Below the pieces are notes generated by a model that had not been told where the DNA came from, searched no databases, and saw only the letters and a program-made list of their open reading frames with translations. DNA of 64,000 bases, from NCBI GenBank assembly GCA_041658665.1, contig JBAZZR010000002.1, forward strand, positions 9,147 to 73,146. The letters are read 5' to 3'. Positions 20,158 through 29,639 of this stretch are shown here, in pieces (the stretch's first letter is position 1; each line of letters opens with the position of its first letter). Source of the DNA: Patescibacteria group bacterium. Its GTDB lineage: Bacteria; Patescibacteriota; Patescibacteriia; Patescibacteriales; UBA12465. The position numbers were made by a program, and so were the translations under genes.

Positions 20158-20190
20158 AAAAAAAACCGCCTTTTTGAATTATGGCGGTTT
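20158..20190 (-). terminator. intrinsic terminator after the 285-aa gene
   Basis: aaaccgcc/ggcggttt stem followed by a long T-run on the minus strand. Confidence 0.6.
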
Positions 20191-20215
20191 AAGGATGTTG
20201 TCTCGGTAGGAGAGA

Positions 20216-21073
20216 CTAGTCCTCTTTGAATGGCGCAAGTTCGATCCTCGCTAGGATCGTATCTTGGCCTAAATTTTCAATTCTTACAGAAGAAGAGAAA
20301 TCGAGTTTCGGCACTCTCTTCGATTGCCCATCACTGAAATCGGCATACTGCCCATTTGATACTCTGTAGCGGAAATTACTGGTTTGGTTAGTCCCGTTAT
20401 AATTTTCACAGAAAACCGACAAATGTCCTTCCGGAACTTTTTTCCAGCCAGTTTTTTGGCCGGGTAAAAGAATGAACTTATAGGCTTCAAAGCCTAGTTG
20501 CTCATCCCGTTCCGCTACTTGTCGGTCGGTAGGGGCGTATTCTTTTCTCATCTGATCGAGCGCCCTTTGACGCTGAATCGATTGATTCCATTTATACTCG
20601 AAGTCATGGCGGAAACGTTCCGCGGCTTCGAGAGAATCAACGGCGATCAAATGATCATACCGTTTTATCGCGACCCACTTCGGACTGTTCTCATCAACAG
20701 TTCCGAAATCCCTTTTTTTGTAGAGACTCCAAAGCATGTCCATTTGAAGACCCATACTGTCAGTAGCTTGTGCCGCTTGAAAATCAGCGCGACTGTCAGC
20801 TACCTGATCAGCACGCTTTGATAAAGGGCTGCGAGCATCTAGAAACTGAAAGATTATCAAGAACAGAAAAAACAGGGTAGCAATTCTTCCCACCCATTTT
20901 GTCCTGTTATCAGTGATAACATTCAAGCCCGCCAGACTTCCGAAAAAGGCTGCAAATGTAATTACCAGTGATACTGGGTTGCCAGTAGCCTCTCTAAATA
21001 ACCATCCGATTATAGCACCGGCGATAGCGCCGCCGATAGCATACTTAATAATAGGGCTAATTTTCTTATCCAT
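20216..21073 (-). CDS. membrane-anchored orphan (Gly-zipper TM N-terminus plus soluble domain)
   Basis: 285-aa ORF starting GGAIAGAIIGW followed by TM helices. G/C-ending codons are visibly more frequent than in neighbouring genes. Confidence 0.5.
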   Translation of the reverse strand: MDKKISPIIKYAIGGAIAGAIIGWLFREATGNPVSLVITFAAFFGSLAGLNVITDNRTKWVGRIATLFFLFLIIFQFLDARSPLSKRADQVADSRADFQAAQATDSMGLQMDMLWSLYKKRDFGTVDENSPKWVAIKRYDHLIAVDSLEAAERFRHDFEYKWNQSIQRQRALDQMRKEYAPTDRQVAERDEQLGFEAYKFILLPGQKTGWKKVPEGHLSVFCENYNGTNQTSNFRYRVSNGQYADFSDGQSKRVPKLDFSSSVRIENLGQDTILARIELAPFKED

Positions 21074-21155
21074 TTTAAACTCCTTAATTTTTTTAACATT
21101 TTTTTTATTACATCAAACTGAGCCTTGAACACCTGAATACTAACTATGAGAGAGA

Positions 21156-21539
21156 CTACCTGCCAAATAGTTCTCGAACCATCTGGAGTATCTCCAGGAT
21201 GATCCATTTAAAGATCTTTTTGAACCCCTCTTCGGCATCAATCCTCTTGCGGATTTCACATCCGAGATCGATCCAGACTAATAGCGCTTCAACTAGCGCT
21301 ACAAAAACTAAGAACCAGAACACCCACAAAAGACTAGATTTCTGCTCAACCGGCGCAATCGCGTAGGTTGAATCAACATGTTCAGCTAGTCTATTATAGA
21401 ACTCCTCTTGCGTAGACAACCCCGTGTCTACTGATCTGAAAGTCTCTGAGCTTATCCAAGCTCTTTGAATTCCGAAAATTGCTAATATTACTACTAGCAA
21501 ACAAATGACTAAAAAAATAGCACCAATAATTTGTCTCAT
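21156..21539 (-). CDS. two-TM membrane orphan
   Basis: 127-aa ORF upstream of the 285-aa gene, preceded by phased T-tracts. Confidence 0.4.
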   Translation of the reverse strand: MRQIIGAIFLVICLLVVILAIFGIQRAWISSETFRSVDTGLSTQEEFYNRLAEHVDSTYAIAPVEQKSSLLWVFWFLVFVALVEALLVWIDLGCEIRKRIDAEEGFKKIFKWIILEILQMVRELFGR

Positions 21540-21743
21540 TTCTATTCCTTTTTTTATTTTTTTATTTTTTATTTACTTGTTAAATAACAACTTTTGCTAG
21601 ACACACCTACTACTCATTGTTAAAAGTATTATATCACTTTTTTATAATTATGTCAATATATTGACAAAACTACTAATATAAATCAAATAAAATTAACCTA
21701 ATAATAAACAAAAAATCGCCTAATAGACGATTTTTCAAAACTG

Positions 21744-21816
21744 AGCCGTTGACCGGGATTGAACCGGTGACCTTCTCCTTACCATGGAGATGCTCTACCA
21801 GCTGAGCTACAACGGC
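21744..21816 (-). tRNA. tRNA-Thr (anticodon GGT)
   Basis: Acceptor GCCGTTG/CAACGGC, anticodon arm TCTCC-ATGGTAA-GGAGA, T-arm ACCGG-TTCAATC-CCGGT. Confidence 0.9.
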
Positions 21817-21823
21817 GTATTTC

Positions 21824-21916
21824 AAACATTATTTTTTCACTTAAATGATTTCTGTGGCAAACTTCGCTAACGCTCATTTTGCTCTACGAAATCATATGCG
21901 TTCCAAAATAATGTTT
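21824..21916. repeat. three-tier nested inverted repeat (long imperfect hairpin) between the TPR gene and tRNA-Thr
   Basis: Outer arms aaacattatttt (21824-21835) / aaaataatgttt (21905-21916). Middle arms atgatttc (21845-21852) / gaaatcat (21888-21895). Inner arms gcaaa / tttgc. Confidence 0.6.
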
Positions 21917-21921
21917 TCAAT

Positions 21922-22737
21922 CTACACTATTTCGATTTTATCTATCTTCCCTTTCCATTCTTCTAATTTCTGATTTTCCGGATTAACCGCCGCTAGTCTA
22001 GTTAGAAAAGCCTGCGCTAATTCTTTATCTTTTTTCATTATACTTAAATCTAAAATTAAATCAAGATAACGGGGACTGTTTGGTTCTCGCTCGAGCGCTT
22101 CGTGCATATTTTCTAAAGCCTCTTCGAGGTTGTCGCTTTCTTTTTCGACACTAGCTAAACAAAAATGCAGTTCCGATACTTTAACATCGCTAGAATCGCC
22201 TAAATCTGATTTATTTTGACGAGCTAACTTTAGGGTATAATCGAAAGTTTGGCGGGCTTCGGCTAGTTTTTTCTGTTTATAATATAAATTTCCGAGGGCA
22301 AAAAAGGCGGCCAAATTCTTTTGATCGAGGCTAATTACCTCAACTAGTTTTTCTTCCGCGCCAACTTCGTCTTCTTTTTTAAGAGCTTCCTGAGCGGCTA
22401 ATAATAAACTCTTTATTTTTTTCTGTTTCTCGAGCCAAGGTAATTTGAGATTGACTTGATAACTATTTTTAAGCTTTTTGAGCTGCCCCTGGCGTAATCT
22501 CAAAAAAGCACTAAAACGTTTTATTAAATATAACCAAACTCGGCTGAAAGAACCGGTCCAACGGGCCAAATCCCGTTCGACTCGCGCTTTCATTATTTCT
22601 TCTTTAAATTTTGCTTCTTTTTCCCCGGGTATATTAACAACGTCGAGAATCGCTAGCGCCGGAAATTTTCTAATTACAATAAAAAGAATAACAAGTAACG
22701 CGGCGCTAAATAAAATGATAGAAATAATTACAAACAT
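21922..22737 (-). CDS. membrane-anchored TPR-repeat protein
   Basis: N-terminal TM helix followed by TPR-like repeats (FALGNLYYKQKKLAEARQTF...). Confidence 0.6.
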   Translation of the reverse strand: MFVIISIILFSAALLVILFIVIRKFPALAILDVVNIPGEKEAKFKEEIMKARVERDLARWTGSFSRVWLYLIKRFSAFLRLRQGQLKKLKNSYQVNLKLPWLEKQKKIKSLLLAAQEALKKEDEVGAEEKLVEVISLDQKNLAAFFALGNLYYKQKKLAEARQTFDYTLKLARQNKSDLGDSSDVKVSELHFCLASVEKESDNLEEALENMHEALEREPNSPRYLDLILDLSIMKKDKELAQAFLTRLAAVNPENQKLEEWKGKIDKIEIV

Positions 22738-23453
22738 ATTTTAATAAATTCTTCTTTAAGCGCCGCGCCGCCCACGAGCAGTCCATCAACGTCTTTTTCT
22801 TTTAAAAACTGCTGAGAGTTTTCGAAGTTAACGCTGCCGCCATACAAAACCCGAATATTTTTTTTCAAAATTTTAGCGGCTTGCTGCTTAATAAAAAAAA
22901 TAATAATCTGAGCCTCTAAAGGAATAATCGCCTGACCGGTGCCAATCGCCCAAAGCGGTTCATAAGCCACGACTAAATCAGAAGGCTTACTGATATTGAC
23001 TCCTTTTAAGCTATGGCGCAACTGTTCACTGATATAACTCTTAGCGCCGCCTTGTTCTTTCTCCGCTAATTTTTCACCGACACATAAAATTGGCACTAAT
23101 TTATTTTTGAGCGCAGCTTTAATTTTATTATTAACTATCTGACTACTTTCGTGTAACTGCTCGCGCCGTTCGCTATGGCCCAAAATAACATATTTTACGC
23201 CCTGCGCTTTTAAATTAAGCGGCGAAACTTCGCCGGTATAAGCGCCGAAATTATTAATAGCGCTATCCTGAGCGCCTAATTGTAATTGACTATTTTTTAA
23301 AACCCCGGCGACCGCGGCTAAAGACAAATAGTCGGGACAAATAACTACTTCGTTTCTTCGACTCTTAATTTTCTGCTTTATTTTTTTAGCTAAAACCAAA
23401 CTACCATTATAACTAAGCTGCATTTTCCAATTAGCGACAATTAATTTTTTCAT
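22728..23453 (-). CDS. tpiA: triose-phosphate isomerase
   Basis: ANWKM, GHSERR and YEPLWAIGTG motifs. Confidence 0.9.
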   Translation of the reverse strand: MKKLIVANWKMQLSYNGSLVLAKKIKQKIKSRRNEVVICPDYLSLAAVAGVLKNSQLQLGAQDSAINNFGAYTGEVSPLNLKAQGVKYVILGHSERREQLHESSQIVNNKIKAALKNKLVPILCVGEKLAEKEQGGAKSYISEQLRHSLKGVNISKPSDLVVAYEPLWAIGTGQAIIPLEAQIIIFFIKQQAAKILKKNIRVLYGGSVNFENSQQFLKEKDVDGLLVGGAALKEEFIKICL

Positions 23454-23491
23454 AGTTCGATTATAAAACTCAGAAAAATCTTTCCGGCGTT

Positions 23492-24427
23492 TTATATGAT
23501 ATTGACTTTTAATGATTTGGCCCAGGCCACTGTTTTCTCAATTCCTGCCGCCAGGCTAACTTCTGGCTCCCAGCCTAAAATATCTTTCGCCCGCTCGTAG
23601 CTTAAACAACTTCTTCGCTGTTCGCCCGATTTCGCCGGCGCGCTGATAACCATCATTTCTTGGCCTAAAGTTTTTTCTATCGCTTGCCGCACGGCGAGGA
23701 GATTAGTCTCAAAACCGGAACCAATATTTATTTCTCCCGGAAAGTTAATATCTTTAGCCAAACAAAAAGCGCGAACTACGTCGCTGACATAAACGAAGTC
23801 ACGCGTCTGTCGTCCGTCGCCATACTGCTGACTAGCTAATCCTTGCACGGCCTGATCAATAAAAATCGCGATGACGCCCGCCTCGCCGCCCTTAAACTGG
23901 CGCGGGCCGAAGACATTAGCGAAACGTAAAACCGTATAATCTAAACCATAAACTTTATAATAACAATGTAAATATTTTTCAAAGGCTAGTTTATGAATAC
24001 CATAAAAAGAAACGGGGTAAGTCGGCGCTGACTCCGGCGTCGGGATTTCCGCGGCGTCGCCATAAATCGCTCCGCCCGTGGAAGCAAAAATTATTTTTTT
24101 AACGTGAGCTAAACGACAATTTTCTAAAATATTTAATCCGCCTAAAAGATTAACCTGATTATCGTAAGTCGGATTAACCATTGATCGCGCGACTTCGATT
24201 TGAGCGGCTAAATGATAAACATATTCCGGTTTTTCGCTTTGAAAAATTTTAGCTACTTCTAAAGAGCCAATATCAACCTGATAAAATTTGGCCGCCGGAT
24301 TTAAATAATCTTTCCGACCTGAAGACAGGTCATCAATTATAATAACTTCATTCCCTTCAATAATTAATTGATCGACTAAAGTCGAACCGATAAAACCGGC
24401 GCCGCCGGTAACTAGGATTTTAGACAT
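23492..24427 (-). CDS. NAD-dependent sugar epimerase/dehydratase (GalE-like)
   Basis: VTGGAGFIGS Rossmann motif and the YxxxK catalytic motif (YGIHK). Confidence 0.85.
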   Translation of the reverse strand: MSKILVTGGAGFIGSTLVDQLIIEGNEVIIIDDLSSGRKDYLNPAAKFYQVDIGSLEVAKIFQSEKPEYVYHLAAQIEVARSMVNPTYDNQVNLLGGLNILENCRLAHVKKIIFASTGGAIYGDAAEIPTPESAPTYPVSFYGIHKLAFEKYLHCYYKVYGLDYTVLRFANVFGPRQFKGGEAGVIAIFIDQAVQGLASQQYGDGRQTRDFVYVSDVVRAFCLAKDINFPGEINIGSGFETNLLAVRQAIEKTLGQEMMVISAPAKSGEQRRSCLSYERAKDILGWEPEVSLAAGIEKTVAWAKSLKVNII

Positions 24428-24522
24428 ATACAGATATTATAGCACAAAGCGCCGGAGGGAAAAATAAAAAACGGATAATTTTGACAATCATCCGTCTAAG
24501 AAGTCCTCAACAATAGTGATAA

Positions 24523-24759
24523 CTAGGGTATAGCGATGGCTACTACCGCAAATATAAAAATTAGTGCAACGAATGCGATTCCCCAATTAAACAAGAACCT
24601 TTCCGCCGCGTGCAAAGGATAGGTCTTAGCCAAAGCGTTACGCAGCACGACCATTACTATCGATAAAGCGGCCGAGAGACTGATGATAAAAAGAACGAAT
24701 AAATTTTTCATTTCTTGCTCCGGGATATTAAAAAAATGGTTAATATTTAATTTAATCAC
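24523..24759 (-). CDS. small membrane protein (hypothetical)
   Basis: 78-aa ORF with two hydrophobic helices; no other support. Confidence 0.3.
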   Translation of the reverse strand: MIKLNINHFFNIPEQEMKNLFVLFIISLSAALSIVMVVLRNALAKTYPLHAAERFLFNWGIAFVALIFIFAVVAIAIP

Positions 24760-24841
24760 AAAAATAAATATCTGTCAAATGCCTATCAAACATAACGCTC
24801 TTTAGATTTACTTTAGTCCGCTGATATTATACAATTATATT

Positions 24842-26029
24842 ATGAATTCGACTAACATGAAAATCAAAACCGTATTTATCGGCGGCTGGTATCAAAGGAC
24901 GACGCTACATCTGTCGGAGATTTACGATTTCCTAGAGAGCGCTCAATCCCCCTTAGCCCTGGACCATAAAAAATTAAAGGATCTGCGCGACCGGCTAAGA
25001 CCGAAGAAGGTAGAGATGCGTATCCGGGAATTTGAGTATATCTATCTGCTGACTGAAAATGGCATTGAAACTAGAATTTTTGAAGATGGGCTCATCGTCT
25101 TAAACAAACCCGTTAAAAAAATAAAAGACGATTTGCAGACGATTGCCGCTTTTCACGAAAAAGAATTGTCCGCTGCTCTTAATTACCTATTTAGTTTGGG
25201 CGCCCCCGTCCCTAAAGAACTAGCAAAAATTGCGACCGTCTATCCCTATTTTATCTTATTACAAAAGGCTAGCTTGCCGGAAATTAACCGTCTCTTAAAA
25301 GAGTTGGGACAAAAAAAATATTTTGAAATCAAGAAACCGGAATTTGAAATTTATCGCGGCGATAAGATATATCTTATTAATAATCTTAAATCGACACCGG
25401 AAATTATCACTCGCCTAATCAACGAGCAGATTTTCGTTCGAGAATTTAAGATCCAATTACATCGTTACCTGAATCTGCATCGCATCATCTGGGAAAAAAT
25501 CGCCGCCGTCAAAGAGCGCGGCGAAATCACCGGTCAGGAAGCCGGACCGCTCAAGACTCAATTAGAGAGTTATAGCAAAACCGTGAGCTTAATCGGTAGC
25601 CGTATCAACCAGATGAACGTCTATTTAGGGACGCGCGAAAAAGTCATAAAAAATGACCCGACCCTAAAAAAAATTATTTCTGTCTTAGAATTTAAATATG
25701 AAACTCTTAATGATACCCTGGCTTACGTCAAAGAAATCTGGGTCATGACTAAAAATTATGTTGATAGCTCACTCAATCTTTTTGCGGCCATTCAGGCTAA
25801 AAGTACCGAGGCTTCCATAAAAAATTTAACGATCATTACTGTTACCGGCGTCGCGGCCACTTTCCTAAAATTATTCAGCGGCGACCTACCCAAATTTACG
25901 ACGAGTGGCTTGTTTTACTTCCTAATCTTAATCTTTGCCGGCTACTCAGCTGACGCTATAATTAGACTCATTTCTAGACGAAAAAAGTATAAAATAAAGG
26001 AAGCAATGATAAACAAAGATATTAATTAG
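24842..26029 (+). CDS. orphan with a soluble N-terminal/coiled-coil region and two C-terminal TM helices
   Basis: 395-aa ORF with a C-terminal TM pair (TIITVTGVAATFLKLF, LFYFLILIFAGYSADAII). Terminator downstream. Confidence 0.5.
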   Translation: MNSTNMKIKTVFIGGWYQRTTLHLSEIYDFLESAQSPLALDHKKLKDLRDRLRPKKVEMRIREFEYIYLLTENGIETRIFEDGLIVLNKPVKKIKDDLQTIAAFHEKELSAALNYLFSLGAPVPKELAKIATVYPYFILLQKASLPEINRLLKELGQKKYFEIKKPEFEIYRGDKIYLINNLKSTPEIITRLINEQIFVREFKIQLHRYLNLHRIIWEKIAAVKERGEITGQEAGPLKTQLESYSKTVSLIGSRINQMNVYLGTREKVIKNDPTLKKIISVLEFKYETLNDTLAYVKEIWVMTKNYVDSSLNLFAAIQAKSTEASIKNLTIITVTGVAATFLKLFSGDLPKFTTSGLFYFLILIFAGYSADAIIRLISRRKKYKIKEAMINKDIN

Positions 26030-26063
26030 TAATTATAGCTAATATTAAATAAAATATTATTAA

Positions 26064-26093
26064 AAATAGGGGTTGCCAAGCCCTATTTTTTTT
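26064..26093 (+). terminator. intrinsic terminator
   Basis: aataggg/ccctatt stem followed by T8. Confidence 0.6.
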
Positions 26094-26205
26094 GCTAATA
26101 TAGTAGTAGATAATAAGTTAAAAAATCAAGCAAAAAGGCCCTAAATCCACAACCCGCCGACGCGGCGGAAAACGGAGGAATTTTTTGTTTTAATGTTGAA
26201 TAAAT

Positions 26206-28269
26206 ATGAGTAAAGATGAAAATAAAAAAAGTAACTACGGCGCCGATCAAATTACCGTTCTCGAAGGTTTAGATCCGGTCAGAAAACGTCCCGGCATGTA
26301 TATCGGCTCGACCTCGGCCGCTGGTTTACATCATTTGATCTGGGAAGTAGTTGATAATTGCATTGACGAAGCGATGGCCGGTTATGCGACCGAAATTTCG
26401 GTTGCCCTGCTGCCGGACGGATTAGTCGAAGTAATCGATAACGGCCGCGGTATCCCCGTCGATAAACATAAAGTTACCGGCGTCTCGGCTCTAGAGACGG
26501 TTTTAACGAAACTTCATGCCGGCGGTAAATTCGGTGGCGAAGGCTATAAAGTTTCTGGCGGTTTGCACGGCGTCGGCGTTTCCGTCGTTAATGCTCTAAG
26601 CGAATACCTTAAGGCCGAAGTAAAACGCGATGGAAAGACCTGGATGCAAGAATATAAAATCGGTAAACCACTCAAACCCGCTAAACCGATTGGACCGGCC
26701 AAAGGAACCGGTACAACAATAACTTTTAAAGCCGATAAAACGATATTTACCGAACTAGAATATAGTTGGGGCAAAGTTCTAGACCGTTTAAGACAACAGG
26801 CCTATTTAACTAAAGGCATTACTATTAAAATCTTTGATCAGCGTGTCGGCCACCGTGCCAAAAAATATAAATTCCATTTCGAGGGCGGAATAAAATCCTA
26901 CGTTAAGTCCTTACACCGCAATAAAACCGTTAAGAACGAAACGGTTTTTTATGTGGATAAAGATACTAATAACTGTAAAGTCGAGGTTGCCCTACAATAT
27001 AATGATGAATATAACGAAACCGTTTTAACTTTCGCTAATAATATTCATAACCCTGAGGGCGGAACACATCTAGTCGGTTTTAGAACGGCGCTAACTCGTG
27101 TCCTAAATAATTATGCCCGCAATAAAAATATCCTTAAAGACAAGCAGGAAAACTTAACCGGCGATGACGTTCGCGAAGGTCTAACCGCGATTATTAGCGT
27201 TAAACTGCCGGAACCACAATTCGAAGGCCAAACTAAAGGCAAGCTCGGTAACGCGGAAATGAAGGGTTATGTCGAAAGTATTTTCGGAGAAAGTTTTAAT
27301 ACTTTTTTAGAAGAACATCCTAAAGAAGCCGAGGCGATAATTGGTAAATGCCTTTTATCGGCTCAGGCTCGCCTCGCGGCGCGAACGGCTCGTGCGACAA
27401 TTCTACGTAAAGGAGCGCTGGAAGGAATGACCCTACCCGGAAAATTAGCCGACTGCTCAAGCCGCCATCCCGAAGAATGTGAATTATATATTGTCGAAGG
27501 AGACTCGGCCGGCGGCAGTGCTAAACAAGGACGAAACCGCCGCTTCCAAGCGATTCTCCCCTTACGCGGAAAAATTTTAAATGTCGAAAGAGCGCGGCTC
27601 GATAAAATGCTCGCTAATAATGAAATTAAAAATCTTGTTATCGCCTTGGGCACTAATATTGACGATCAATTTGACTTAGAAAAACTGCGTTATCACCGCA
27701 TCATTATCATGACCGATGCCGATGTCGACGGTGCTCATATTCGAACTTTATTATTAACTTTATTCTTCCGCCATTTTACCCCGCTAGTAACCGGCGGCCA
27801 TATGTATATTGCGCAACCACCTTTATACCAGCTTAAAAAAGGAGCGACCGTTCGTTATGCTTATAATGATGAAGAAAAAGATAAACTTATTATTGAGCTC
27901 GGCGGCAGTTTAGAAGAAACAATTGAAGTCGGCGAAGAAAATGATGAAGGAGAAAAAGAGGAAATTATAACGACTAATGAATTAGAAGAAGCGACCAGCG
28001 CTAAAGGAAAAAATAAAAAAGGCGCCGAAGAAGCGACTAAAAAATCGACTAAAATATCTATCCAGCGTTATAAAGGTTTAGGGGAAATGAATCCCGGACA
28101 ATTATGGGAAACGACTATGGATCCCGAACGCCGAATAGTTAAACAAGTGACGGTTGAAGACGTGGCTAAAGCCGACCAGATTTTTGATATGCTCATGGGC
28201 GATAATGTCGCCCCGCGTAAAAACTTTATCCAGACTCATGCCCAAAAAGTAGAAAACCTGGATATTTAA
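26206..28269 (+). CDS. gyrB: DNA gyrase subunit B
   Basis: GHKL ATPase motifs (LHHLIWEVVDNCIDEA), Toprim (EGDSAGG, PLRGKILNVE, DADVDGAHI), QRYKGLGEMNP. Confidence 0.95.
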   Translation: MSKDENKKSNYGADQITVLEGLDPVRKRPGMYIGSTSAAGLHHLIWEVVDNCIDEAMAGYATEISVALLPDGLVEVIDNGRGIPVDKHKVTGVSALETVLTKLHAGGKFGGEGYKVSGGLHGVGVSVVNALSEYLKAEVKRDGKTWMQEYKIGKPLKPAKPIGPAKGTGTTITFKADKTIFTELEYSWGKVLDRLRQQAYLTKGITIKIFDQRVGHRAKKYKFHFEGGIKSYVKSLHRNKTVKNETVFYVDKDTNNCKVEVALQYNDEYNETVLTFANNIHNPEGGTHLVGFRTALTRVLNNYARNKNILKDKQENLTGDDVREGLTAIISVKLPEPQFEGQTKGKLGNAEMKGYVESIFGESFNTFLEEHPKEAEAIIGKCLLSAQARLAARTARATILRKGALEGMTLPGKLADCSSRHPEECELYIVEGDSAGGSAKQGRNRRFQAILPLRGKILNVERARLDKMLANNEIKNLVIALGTNIDDQFDLEKLRYHRIIIMTDADVDGAHIRTLLLTLFFRHFTPLVTGGHMYIAQPPLYQLKKGATVRYAYNDEEKDKLIIELGGSLEETIEVGEENDEGEKEEIITTNELEEATSAKGKNKKGAEEATKKSTKISIQRYKGLGEMNPGQLWETTMDPERRIVKQVTVEDVAKADQIFDMLMGDNVAPRKNFIQTHAQKVENLDI

Positions 28270-28319
28270 AAATAACCAATCTTAATTACTAAGCGCTAAG
28301 TCTACCAGCCCAACAAAAT

Positions 28320-28751
28320 ATGTATATTTATCTTCTCGCACCGATAATCGCCTTCACTTTCGCTCAAGGCTTAAAAATATTATTAAAATCCTGGCATCAT
28401 AAAATTACCTGGCGCGATGTCGTCGCTTATTCGGATATGCCCTCTGGTCATACCGCTGTCGTTACCTCTTTAGTCGCCATTCTCGGACTTAAACTAGGGC
28501 TAGAGTCGCCGGTCTTCGCGGTCGCTTTTGTTTTCGCTTCAATAGTCATTACCGACGCTATTGGGCTCCGTAATTATTTAGGCCAACACGGAAAAACTCT
28601 TAATATCCTAGTTAAAGATTTAAAAGAAGACGAATTTTTAGATAATAGCTATCCTAAATTATTAGAACACATCGGGCACACTCCTCTGCAAGTCGTTATT
28701 GGAACAATTATCGGTCTTTCGACCAGCGTCATCGGTTACTTATTATTCTAA
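28320..28751 (+). CDS. divergent PAP2 family membrane protein (DUF212-like)
   Basis: SDMPSGHTA, TDAIGLR and HIGHTPLQV motifs. Confidence 0.75.
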   Translation: MYIYLLAPIIAFTFAQGLKILLKSWHHKITWRDVVAYSDMPSGHTAVVTSLVAILGLKLGLESPVFAVAFVFASIVITDAIGLRNYLGQHGKTLNILVKDLKEDEFLDNSYPKLLEHIGHTPLQVVIGTIIGLSTSVIGYLLF

Positions 28752-29639
28752 TAAACTTTTCCCCGTCATTCCCGCCGGTTTTGGTAAATTCAAGATCTGT
28801 AAAATTGTTGGCGTTAAATCCGCCAAGGTTCCCGCGGGAGTAAGTAAACTTAAATCATTATTCAAAGGGTCAGCCAAACCAATGGTCTGGCCCTTAAAGT
28901 TTTGGCCAATAATAAAAAACGGCACGGGATTATTCGTCAAATCATAATCTCCTAAACCAGTACCCGGGTGATACATATGCTCGACGTTACCGCCAGCGGC
29001 GGCCATAAACATTATTCCTCCCTGAGCTAGAACAGTCGCGACAATTTTTTTCAAATTTTTATCTAGAATTTCAATCGCCGTCTTAACTTCGGAAAAATCG
29101 CCGGTTTTAGCCACTAAATCTAAATAAGGCAAAGAAGCAACAATAAAACTAGCACTATCAGCTTCCAAACTTTTAATTATTTCCCTAACGGCCCGCTTAA
29201 AAGCTAAAAGAGGCGACGTGGTCTGAGGGCTCGCTTGGGAAGAAATTATTACCCAATCTTCACCGCTTAATTTATCGTGCCCACCACCGTTAAAAAAATG
29301 AGTGAGAGCAGCGAATCTTTCCGTCTCAGAAATTTTCACTTGTTTCCAGCCCGCTTGTGACAGGGCTGATGATAAACTAGAATCAGTCGCGACCGCTTCA
29401 TCTTCAAGATCACGCCCAGTGCCAAGACTCAGATAACGAGCATTCCAAGACTTAGCGCCAGCAGCTAAAACCGCGACCGGATATTCTTTAATTAAATTTA
29501 AAATAGTCGGAGTTTTCGCTGCGGAGAACCCATTCGCTTCCCCGGCCGGCGCTACGGCCCAACCGTCAATTAAAAGCAAAAGCACCGGCTGACGCCGGGC
29601 TGAAGTATCTGACGAATTAAAATTATTTATGATCCTCAT
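28743..29639 (-). CDS. truncated, degenerate cofactor-independent phosphoglycerate mutase (iPGM)-like protein
   Basis: The N-terminus (VLLLLIDGWA) and C-terminus (NNPVPFFIIG...GTLADLTPTILQILNLPKPAGMTGKSLL) align to the iPGM phosphatase domain. The ~230-aa transferase domain is absent. Confidence 0.6.
   Translation of the reverse strand: MRIINNFNSSDTSARRQPVLLLLIDGWAVAPAGEANGFSAAKTPTILNLIKEYPVAVLAAGAKSWNARYLSLGTGRDLEDEAVATDSSLSSALSQAGWKQVKISETERFAALTHFFNGGGHDKLSGEDWVIISSQASPQTTSPLLAFKRAVREIIKSLEADSASFIVASLPYLDLVAKTGDFSEVKTAIEILDKNLKKIVATVLAQGGIMFMAAAGGNVEHMYHPGTGLGDYDLTNNPVPFFIIGQNFKGQTIGLADPLNNDLSLLTPAGTLADLTPTILQILNLPKPAGMTGKSLLE

Noticed and set aside
27880-28060. ~50-aa acidic/Lys-rich insertion in GyrB before IQRYKGLGEM
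   Set aside because: This is the known hypervariable insertion site of GyrB (E. coli has a larger insert there), and the sequence is low complexity. Not unusual.
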